A DNA stretch of 63,304 nucleotides from a virus. Its lineage: Duplodnaviria; Caudoviricetes. A program made the translations under genes and the position numbers. Below, in pieces: positions 45,563-54,100 of the stretch (the first letter of the stretch is position 1; every line of letters starts with the position of its first letter). Under the pieces are notes generated by a model. That model was given only the letters and a program-made list of their open reading frames with translations. It did no database searches and was not told where the DNA came from. The stretch covers positions 1-63,304 of the IMG/VR virus record IMGVR_UViG_3300035126_000079, one strand, 5' to 3'.

Positions 45563-46362
45563 GTGGTGCACTACAAGCTGTTTTTACAAACCTTAGATCA
45601 TTTATTGTTCCCGCAGCAGCGGGTCAAGAAGCATTTACAACTGCGGGTACTTATACATGGGTTGCACCTGCGGGTGTAACTTCAGTTTCTGTTGTTTGTG
45701 TTGGCGGTGGTGGCGGTATGGGTAATTTATATGTTGATCCCACAGATTTTTATTACGGTGGTGGTGGTGGAGCATTAGCGTATGCAAATAGTATCACTGT
45801 AACCCCCGGATCAAGTTATACCGTAGTGGTTGGCGCAAGGGGTGTATCAACTGGAATTTCCGCTGGTACAAATGGTGGTGACAGTACCTTTAACGGAACT
45901 ACTTGTGGCGCACAAGGTGGGCGAGGAGGCACTACTTCTGCGGTTGGAGCTGGTGGTACTGTATTAAATGGTACAGGCGGCTCTGGTGGGGCAGGCGGTG
46001 GTGGTGGTGCAACCTCATATGCCAATGCTGGAGCTGGAGGTGCTGGTGGTTATTCTGGCGCTGGTGGTATTGGAAAATCTACTGGTGGAACTGGGGGCGC
46101 TGGCGCTGGTGGTAATGGTGCTTCTGGCGGCGGTGTTGGCATACTTGGAGAAGGAACAAGCGGAGCCTATGGAGCCGTGGGAGTTGGTACTGGTGGCAGT
46201 GGCGGTACAAATGGAGATAGCCCTCAATCTGGCGTTGGTCAAGGTGGTCTATATGGCGGCGGTGGTCTTAATAATGGCAGAAACGGTGCGGTTCGCATTA
46301 TTTGGGCTGGCACTAGTGGAATAACTAGAGCGTTTCCGTCAACAAATACAGGGGATTTGTAA
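45559..46362 (+). CDS. Glycine-rich tail fibre/receptor-binding protein
   Basis: FTTAGTYTW.AP.GVTSVSVV.VGGGG...G.VRIIW. Confidence 0.75.
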   Translation: MSGALQAVFTNLRSFIVPAAAGQEAFTTAGTYTWVAPAGVTSVSVVCVGGGGGMGNLYVDPTDFYYGGGGGALAYANSITVTPGSSYTVVVGARGVSTGISAGTNGGDSTFNGTTCGAQGGRGGTTSAVGAGGTVLNGTGGSGGAGGGGGATSYANAGAGGAGGYSGAGGIGKSTGGTGGAGAGGNGASGGGVGILGEGTSGAYGAVGVGTGGSGGTNGDSPQSGVGQGGLYGGGGLNNGRNGAVRIIWAGTSGITRAFPSTNTGDL

Positions 46363-46664
46363 TGGATTTATTTATTCGTATTGTTGACAATCAACCTTTT
46401 GAACATCCAATTTTAAGTAGTAATTTTTGTCAAGCATTTCCTCACATTGATACAAACAATTTGCCATCTGAATTTGTTCGTTTTCAACGGATTCAACCGC
46501 CTGTTCTTGGTGACTACGAAGTGTACGAAGGTTTAAGCTATGCTTTAGTAGATGGAATATGCAAAGATATTCATCATGTTCGCCAAATGACGCAAGAAGA
46601 AAAAAGTATACAAGATGGTTTACTTGCGCTATTAGCTTTAAAAAACAATAGGGGTTTCACATGA
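46362..46664 (+). CDS. Tail fibre accessory protein
   Basis: PFEHPI...NF.QAFP.IDTNNLP.EF; coupled to the Gly-rich gene. Confidence 0.6.
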   Translation: MDLFIRIVDNQPFEHPILSSNFCQAFPHIDTNNLPSEFVRFQRIQPPVLGDYEVYEGLSYALVDGICKDIHHVRQMTQEEKSIQDGLLALLALKNNRGFT

Positions 46665-46738
46665 ACGATCTAGCATTAAGAGATATTCTTTCTCAATCAG
46701 GTTTCCCGTGGACTATCACATGGCCTGATGCTCCCTAA
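46661..46738 (+). pseudogene. Remnant C-terminus of a tail-fibre assembly chaperone
   Basis: 25-codon ORF ...ALRDILSQSGFPWTITWPDAP* matches the typical chaperone C-terminus (ALRD.P.Q.GFP..I.WP..P). Confidence 0.6.
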
Positions 46739-46740
46739 TC

Positions 46741-46836
46741 ATGTGGGACTGGGCTGAAGCACTTATTGCGGCGGCCTGTATAGTGGCCTTCGTTATCTTT
46801 GGCACGTACATGATTGCATGGAGTTGGGCGTGGTAA
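46741..46836 (+). CDS. Tiny membrane peptide (31 aa)
   Basis: MWDWAEALIAAACIVAFVIFGTYMIAWSWAW. Confidence 0.5.
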   Translation: MWDWAEALIAAACIVAFVIFGTYMIAWSWAW

Positions 46837-46992
46837 ATGCGCTGGCTATTGATGCTCTTTTTGGTGTTTCTACCGGGAGCATCTAGTCAAGATAGGAAGA
46901 CTGAGTACCGCTGTGTGCGGTGGGCGTGGACGGGTGATGTTTATAACCGCAAAGTTGTTTGCCTACAGTGGGAAAAGGTTGTACGGAAATGA
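46837..46992 (+). CDS. Small secreted protein (51 aa)
   Basis: Signal-like N-terminus plus YRCVRWAWTGDVYNRKVVCLQW (two Cys). Confidence 0.6.
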   Translation: MRWLLMLFLVFLPGASSQDRKTEYRCVRWAWTGDVYNRKVVCLQWEKVVRK

Positions 46993-47486
46993 TGTTAGAT
47001 CCGGTCACGGCTCTTGAAGGTTTACAAAGCGCCATAGGATTAGTCCGTAAAGCTGCGAAGGTGGCTAACGATCTTGGTGGACTAGCGCCCATGTTGGGCA
47101 AGCTCTTTGATGCTAAGAGCCAAGCCACCAAAGCGATGGTTGAAGCCAAGCGGTCTGGCAATAAGTCTAACTTTGCTTTGGCAATGCAGATCGAAAATGC
47201 CTTGATGCAAACGGCTAAACTGGAGTCGGAGCTTCAACTGCTTTATATACAGACTGGCAACATAGACGTTTGGAACAAGATCAAGGCTAGAGCCGCTGAG
47301 ATGGACAGGGATGATGCAATAGAAGCCCGTAAAGCCAAGGATGAAGAGAAGAAGCGCAAAGAGGCCGAGGCTGAACAAATGCAGTGGGCGGCTGCTATTG
47401 TTATTATTGTGATGTTTATTGGTGCTGTTGGTTGGGGTATTAATGAAGTTTCTGATCTGTGTGCTAGATCAAGGTGTGGGCGGTGA
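46989..47486 (+). CDS. Membrane-anchored coiled-coil protein
   Basis: MLDPVTAL...; C-terminal TM segment. Confidence 0.7.
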   Translation: MMLDPVTALEGLQSAIGLVRKAAKVANDLGGLAPMLGKLFDAKSQATKAMVEAKRSGNKSNFALAMQIENALMQTAKLESELQLLYIQTGNIDVWNKIKARAAEMDRDDAIEARKAKDEEKKRKEAEAEQMQWAAAIVIIVMFIGAVGWGINEVSDLCARSRCGR

Positions 47487-47632
47487 ATGAGTACCAGAAG
47501 CAATTTGACCTCTTCCTTAAAGTCTTTGTGCGGTTGTGCATTGCTTGGTGGGTGCTTGGACTGCTCCGCTTCCTGCCAGATGAGTTGGCCTCAAAAATTG
47601 TCAATAAACTTCTTGGAATGATTGGACTATGA
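47483..47632 (+). CDS. Small membrane protein (49 aa)
   Basis: GTG start, coupled on both sides; hydrophobic core. Confidence 0.55.
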   Translation: MNEYQKQFDLFLKVFVRLCIAWWVLGLLRFLPDELASKIVNKLLGMIGL

Positions 47633-47937
47633 GCGAACCAAACGAAAAACATGCTTTGATTGAAAAGGTGGCGTTTGCTATCCTGCCAATTCTGTTCACT
47701 TGTGTGGTGTATCTAATGAACTCACTATCGCACTTGTCGCATGAAGTGACTGTGTTAAACAACAAGATTAGTTTGGTTGTTACTTCAGACAACAAACAAG
47801 CTACCAATACGGGAGCAGAACTAGCCCGTGAGAAGCTACGTCAGGATTTGGAAAAAGAAATCCAAAAGAACCGTGATGACATCATGCACAACCGACAAGA
47901 CATTGCCGTTATCTACGAAAAACTGGGGAAAAAATAA
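47629..47937 (+). CDS. Membrane-anchored coiled-coil protein (lysis region)
   Basis: N-terminal TM segment plus coiled coil. Confidence 0.65.
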   Translation: MSEPNEKHALIEKVAFAILPILFTCVVYLMNSLSHLSHEVTVLNNKISLVVTSDNKQATNTGAELAREKLRQDLEKEIQKNRDDIMHNRQDIAVIYEKLGKK

Positions 47938-48440
47938 TGCTTTCACTATTCTCAACACTTGGCGGTTTGCTCATATCAGGCTTGCCCAAACTCCTAGACT
48001 TCTTCCAAAACAAGGCAGACCAGAAGCATGAGTTGGCTCTTGCCCGTGTGCAAGTAGAACTACAGCTACAGATGATGGCGCAGGGCTTTGCCGCTCAAGA
48101 GCGCATGGAAGAGATACGCACCGACCAGATTGCTATGGAAACAGACGCGCAGATGACTGTTGCCGCCTATGACCACGACAAGAAGGTTATGGAAAATGCC
48201 AGCACTTGGGTGGTGAACTTTGTTGGAACCGTTCGTCCAATGGTCACTTACATCTTTGTGCTGGAGCTATGTGCAATAAACGCATGGATTGCCTACTACG
48301 TTTACAGCCGCCCCAGCTTAATCATGAGCATAGAAGACCTGATCCGCCTGTCTGACATCATCTTCTCCACTGACGAGATGGCAATGCTTGGAGGCATCAT
48401 AGGTTTCTGGTTTGGCTCACGTAGCTGGAGCAAGAAATGA
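47937..48440 (+). CDS. Holin-like protein (3TM type)
   Basis: VRP.VTY...IIGFWFGSR; directly upstream of the lysozyme. Confidence 0.65.
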   Translation: MLSLFSTLGGLLISGLPKLLDFFQNKADQKHELALARVQVELQLQMMAQGFAAQERMEEIRTDQIAMETDAQMTVAAYDHDKKVMENASTWVVNFVGTVRPMVTYIFVLELCAINAWIAYYVYSRPSLIMSIEDLIRLSDIIFSTDEMAMLGGIIGFWFGSRSWSKK

Positions 48441-48943
48441 AACTAGGCGAAGCTGGCGCTAAGTTGATGCACCAGTGGGAGGGGTACAGGACTAAGCCGT
48501 ACCTCTGCCCAGCCCATATTTGGACAATTGGTTATGGTCATGTGCTGTACCAAGACCAAATTCGTTTGCCTGTAGTCAGGGTGGAGGGTAAAGACACCCC
48601 CATGATCCGCAAAGAGATGCCACTGAAACCGGAGGACAACCGTGTCTGGACTAAAGAAAAGATCGAGAAACTATTCCAAGATGATGTCAGACCTACTGAA
48701 CTTGGTGTTCTACGACTTGCTCCCGCTTTATCTGGTCGTCAAGGGGCTTTCGATGCGTGCGTCAGCTTTGCCTTCAACGCCGGAGTGGGGGCTTTTCAGC
48801 GCTCTTCTATTCGGATGAAAATAAACCGTGGTGATTGGGAAGGCGCAGCCGATGCGCTCTTGCTGTATTGCATGGCTGGTGGCAAAATACTCGCAGGGCT
48901 AAAAAAGCGCAGGGACGCTGAAAAAGCACTGTTTCTATCTTAG
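48437..48943 (+). CDS. Endolysin, GH24 lysozyme
   Basis: EG...PY.CPA.IWTIGYGH...FDA.VSFAFN.G...GL.KRR.AE. Confidence 0.93.
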   Translation: MKLGEAGAKLMHQWEGYRTKPYLCPAHIWTIGYGHVLYQDQIRLPVVRVEGKDTPMIRKEMPLKPEDNRVWTKEKIEKLFQDDVRPTELGVLRLAPALSGRQGAFDACVSFAFNAGVGAFQRSSIRMKINRGDWEGAADALLLYCMAGGKILAGLKKRRDAEKALFLS

Positions 48944-48951
48944 GACTGCCG

Positions 48952-50838
48952 ATGCCTTTAAAAAAACTATTACTGAAGCCGGGTGTAAACAAAGAAAACA
49001 CCAGATATACCAATGAGAACGGTTGGTATGTATCCGATAAGATGCGGTTTCGGCAAGGTACGCCTGAGAAAATTGGCGGTTGGGTACGTATTTCTGGTGC
49101 TATATTCCAAGGCGTTTGTCGTTCTTTGTGGAACTGGATTACCCTCGGTGGGTTAAACCTTGTAGGTGTTGGAACTAATTTAAAGTTTTACATTGAACAA
49201 GGTGGTATTTATAACGACATCACCCCTATTCGCGCAACCAGCACAATTAACACTAATCCTTTTGTAGCTACAAATGGGTCGGCAGTTATCACTGTTACAG
49301 ATACAGGTCACGGTGGCATAACGGGCGATTTTGTTACTTTCAGCGGTGCTGTTGGGCTTGGCGGCAATATCACGGCTGATGTATTAAATGCTGAATATCA
49401 AATTACTTTTGTTAGCGTTAACTCGTACACGATTACAGTTACAGCTACGGCAAATGCCACAGATGTTTCAGGATCTCCCGGTGGTGGAGCTTCGGTGGCG
49501 GCGGCGTATCAAATTAATACCGGCCCAGCTATTGCAGTTCCTTTGGTTGGTTGGGGTGCTGGCTTTTGGGGTTCTGGTGTTTGGGGTACTGGCGGAACAT
49601 CTATAAGTACCATTCGCCTATGGAGTCAAAGTAACTTTGGAGAAGACTTAATCTTCAACCCCCGTGGGGGTGCTTTGTATTATTGGGATGCAGGAACTGG
49701 TGTAACGTCACGGGGTGTGTTGGTATCTAGCATTATGGGAGCAGACGCAGATACACCTTCTGTGGTTTTGTCTGTATTTGTGTCTGACGCAAGCCGTTTT
49801 GTGTTTGCGTTTGGTTGCGATGACTACAGTTCATCTACGCTAAACCCCATGTTAATTCGCTGGTCTGACCAAGAGAGCATTCTTGTTTGGACCCCTGCCA
49901 TCACAAACCAAGCGGGTAGCTTACAGTTGTCGCACGGTTCTGAGATTGTCACCGCCATCCAAGCTCGTCAAGAGATTGTGGTGTTTACAGATTCAGCCAT
50001 ATATTCACTTCAATACGTTGGGCCACCCGTGGTTTGGTCTTCTCAACTACTTGGCGATAACGTTTCAATTATTGGCCCTAACGCAGTATGTTTGGCCTCT
50101 GGCGTAGTGTATTGGATGGGCGTAGACAAATTCTACAAATACGATGGCCGTGTGCAGACTTTGCGTTGTGACCTTAAGCAATATATTTTCCAAGACATTA
50201 ATACTGCTCAAGCCGCACAGGTGTTTGCGGGGACAAACGAAGGTTTTAACGAAGCTTGGTGGTTCTACTGCTCTGCCAATAGCAATGAGATTGACCTTTA
50301 TGTAACGTATAACTACTTGGAAGATGTATGGGCATACGGCACATTAGGCCGTACAGCTTGGTTGGATTCTGGTTTGCGTGATTTTCCGTTAGCGGCAACT
50401 TATTCCTATAACCTTGTTAACCATGAGCAAGGTAACGATGACAATCAAACAGGAACTCCTGCGGCTATCAATGCTGTTATTGGTTCTGCTGAGTTTGACA
50501 TTGATGACGGCGATCACTTTGGGTTTGTCTGGAGAATGCTTCCAGACATTACATTCCGTGGATCAAATGCCGCTTCGCCACAAGTCACAATGACGCTAAT
50601 TCCTATGCAAAACTCAGGTTCTGGGTATAACGATCCTATTTCTTTAGGTGGTAATTCTACGGCCACTGTAATCCGAACATCTACTTCCGTGATTGAACAG
50701 TTTACCGGTCAAGTCTATGTTAGGGTGCGAGGCCGTCAGATGATTATTCAAGTTGAATCTAACCAGCTTGGGTGCGCTTGGCAGTTGGGTTCACCCCGTA
50801 TCGACATCAAACAAGACGGCAGAAGGGGTAACTCATGA
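48952..50838 (+). CDS. Tail hub/stabilisation protein (P22 gp10-like)
   Basis: K.GV.KE.T.Y...RFR.G.PEKIGGW; IRWSDQE; ends DGRR; FCCH-like insert. Confidence 0.75.
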   Translation: MPLKKLLLKPGVNKENTRYTNENGWYVSDKMRFRQGTPEKIGGWVRISGAIFQGVCRSLWNWITLGGLNLVGVGTNLKFYIEQGGIYNDITPIRATSTINTNPFVATNGSAVITVTDTGHGGITGDFVTFSGAVGLGGNITADVLNAEYQITFVSVNSYTITVTATANATDVSGSPGGGASVAAAYQINTGPAIAVPLVGWGAGFWGSGVWGTGGTSISTIRLWSQSNFGEDLIFNPRGGALYYWDAGTGVTSRGVLVSSIMGADADTPSVVLSVFVSDASRFVFAFGCDDYSSSTLNPMLIRWSDQESILVWTPAITNQAGSLQLSHGSEIVTAIQARQEIVVFTDSAIYSLQYVGPPVVWSSQLLGDNVSIIGPNAVCLASGVVYWMGVDKFYKYDGRVQTLRCDLKQYIFQDINTAQAAQVFAGTNEGFNEAWWFYCSANSNEIDLYVTYNYLEDVWAYGTLGRTAWLDSGLRDFPLAATYSYNLVNHEQGNDDNQTGTPAAINAVIGSAEFDIDDGDHFGFVWRMLPDITFRGSNAASPQVTMTLIPMQNSGSGYNDPISLGGNSTATVIRTSTSVIEQFTGQVYVRVRGRQMIIQVESNQLGCAWQLGSPRIDIKQDGRRGNS

Positions 50839-51104
50839 GTTTTATGCAAGAATCTCCGCCGCGTTTACCGGCTCCACCGCCAGAATATGAAGCAGCCTAT
50901 ATGGGTCAGATGTTGAACGTGTTGAATTTGTTCTTTCAACGTTTAAACGCTATTCAACCAATCAACATTGCGCGGTTAAACATTAACTTAACAACGCTTC
51001 CAACAGAAGCAGATTTACCCAACTTAAGATTGGGTGATGTCTATCGAGACACACAAGACGGTGTTCAAGATACCAGCCAGATGCTGCGAATAAAAACATC
51101 TTAA
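50835..51104 (+). CDS. Small tail protein
   Basis: PRLP.PP.EY...L.LFF.RL pattern, found after the hub gene. Confidence 0.65.
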   Translation: MSFMQESPPRLPAPPPEYEAAYMGQMLNVLNLFFQRLNAIQPINIARLNINLTTLPTEADLPNLRLGDVYRDTQDGVQDTSQMLRIKTS

Positions 51105-51113
51105 TAAGTTTAT

Positions 51114-54100
51114 ATGGCATTACCAACAAATTTTTCTAATGCTTATGAAGACGTGTATGACGTTTTTGGTGGGCGGGATGCTACCAACGACTTAGTTATG
51201 CAATTTAAAGGTATGGGGTTATCTGATAGTGATATTGTTGGCATCTTTGCCCCGTATCGACCAGCCACCGTTCAAGCCCCCGCCGCTCAACCTCCCGCCG
51301 CTCAACCTCCCGCCGCTCAACCTCCCGCCGCTCAACCTCCCGCCGCTCAACCTCCCGCCGCTGTTGAAACTCCCGCCGTTCAAACTCCCGCCGCTGTTGA
51401 AATTCCCGCCGCAAAAACTACTGACATAGTAGACGACTACATTGCGTCTATTCCTGAATCTACTATGACGGTAGAAGATTTGTACACAACCATTCTTGGC
51501 CGTCCATCAGATGCAGGTGGTAAGGCATTCTGGGAAAACGCATTTGGGCCTACTGTAGATGAGTCGGAAAAAGCTGACTTTTTGCAAGCAGCTAAAGCAG
51601 AACTCGCCACTAAAACTAAAGAAGAACAAACAGCGTTGGCTCCTAATCTTGTAGGTACAACACAAACAACTGCGGACACAACCCAAGTTGCAGCAGTTGA
51701 GCCTGAAATAGTTTTAACTCCTGAACAAATAAAAGAAATAGAAGAAGGATTAAAAGATATAGATTTTCTTGGACTTAAGCCAGCGAACCAAGGTTTGGGT
51801 GGCCCGCTTTTTACAATTGCTCCACCAGAAGTGCAAAATGCGGTTGATTTAAAGAACGGTACATATCTAACTACTACTGGCACAATCGTTAATGCGTCAG
51901 GTAACGTGCTTGCGGATACCGGGTCTGCTGCCACTACCACATTGACCCAACAGATTCTTGGGCAAGGACTAACCGACAAATGGCAGGGTCAAGGGCATGG
52001 ATCAGCTCAAGCTAATGCTGCTGACATGGCTAAGATTTTGACCGGTATTGGCATTACAGACATTAAACAGTTTGGTGAGGTTCCTCTTTTAGCGCCCGTT
52101 GAAGAAATTGGTAAAACGTATAACGGAAACCAAGTTGTCAAAATTGACCTTGGCGATGGCGAAATTAGAAATGCGGTATATCAAAGCACTGGTCAATTTG
52201 ACAGTGATGGCAACGGAATCGGTCAATACGTGCCAATACCTAAAGACGCAAAAATTGAAACGCTTTACGGGGTATCTAATGGTGAAAGCTACGATGCCGT
52301 TGACACATCAAAAGTAAAAATAGTAGACGGCAAACCTGTAGTTGATACAGGGCAAAAAACATTTGGTAACAAAGAAACAGGCCAAGCTGTCCCTAATACA
52401 TACAGTGAACGTCAAACAGGAAATGCGTTTGGCGGCACGTTTGCAGGTAAAGGTAACACAGGTTATCGAGTTCAATTTGCCCCTGATGGAACGCCAATCT
52501 TTTACACCACTGGTGCATCGTCTAATGATTTAGCAAATCTTATGGCAGACCTTGGCCCAATCGGTCAAATTGGTTTGGCTATTGCTACGGGTGGTTTGTC
52601 TATACCTCAACAGATTGCGGCTAATTTAGCTGTAAACGTTTTAAGCGGTAAAGACCTTGGTGATTCAATTAAAAGCGCTGCAATTAGTTTTGCTGGCGCT
52701 CAAATCCCTGGTATGGATTTCATGTCAGATGGCGCTTCGTTTATTAAAGACCTTGGGCTGTCAACAGAACTTACAAACACGCTAACTAACTCTTTCCAAA
52801 ACGCTGCGGTTTCTGCTGGCACTGCGCTGCTTAGTGGCCAAGATGTTGGCGAAGCCATGACTAGAGGTTTTGTTACCGGTGGTGTTAACGGTGCTGTTAA
52901 TTCGCTCTTAGGTAATATTGAAGGGTTTGGCGACCTAACCGCTAACCAAAAGAAGATGGTTACCAATGCCGTAACAGGCGTGATTTCAGGTAAACCACTG
53001 GATCAGATTGTTATCAATACCGCTATCTCTGCGGCCAATTCAGCTATTGCCGACGCTAAAGGCACAACTGGAAGCCTAGATACAAACACAGAAGATACGC
53101 TAACTAAAGCTGGGTTAGTAGACGGCAATGCTGCAACAGATGCCGACACTATTACCTCACTCCTTGCCAATAAAGATGTTGTTTCGTCTATTGGTAGCGA
53201 TGCAGTTACAACCCCGGACACATTAAACCTCGGCGGTGCGGATGCGCTTGCAAAAACTCTTACAGACGCTAGTACGCTTATTGATACTGAGTTTGGTGAC
53301 CTAAAAGGCGCACAAGATAGAAACGCCGCAAACGACCAACTGCGGGATACGATTAAAACTAGCAGTAGCTTTAATGATGCGTATGCACTGGCACGTAAAG
53401 AACTTGGCGCAAATAAAACATTTGATTGGTTAAACCCCAAGACAGGTAAAGTAGAAAGCTTTAGCACCGCTACAAAAGAAGAGCGTCCAGATCTAAACAT
53501 TACCGCAGGAGATAAAGCACTTGATGCCTTAAACGCATCTAACTTATCTACAGTAACTGACGCATCCAGTACAGTTGCAGCACAGGGTGATACTGCGGCA
53601 AGAAGAGCTGCGGCAGACAAACTATCTGGTTTGGATAATCAATCTTCTGCGGAAATTAGGCGTTTAACAGCATTAAATAATTCTTTAGTACTAGGTAACG
53701 CCCCTAACCAATCGACGGCGGAAACCGCAAGACTCGCTGCGCAGAACAGAACTGCCAAGTTGTCGGCTGAAGAATCCGACAGTGCTATTACATCGGTATT
53801 TAAAAATGTTACCGGCACGGTATCCGGGGCTTTGGGTGAACAAGCATCTGCTCTTGAAGGGACGCTTAAGGCTAGCGGGGCTATTGGCAAAAACAGCTTA
53901 CTTGCGGGCATGGCAAATGGTTTGACTTCCTATGGAGCAAATAACGTTAGTACCAAAGCGCAAGATCAAGAACAAGGGTTTATAACTGAGATTGCTAAAG
54001 CTGGTAATACTGGAAATTTCTGGCCAGATGCTGGCGCTAAATTAAAAGCACTGCCTTCTGCAATTATTAACAACCCAATTGGTTTTGGCTACACCGTAGT

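Noticed and set aside
44330-46362. Diversity-generating retroelement or invertible tail-fibre cassette
   Set aside because: No reverse transcriptase, template/variable repeat pair or invertase was seen.
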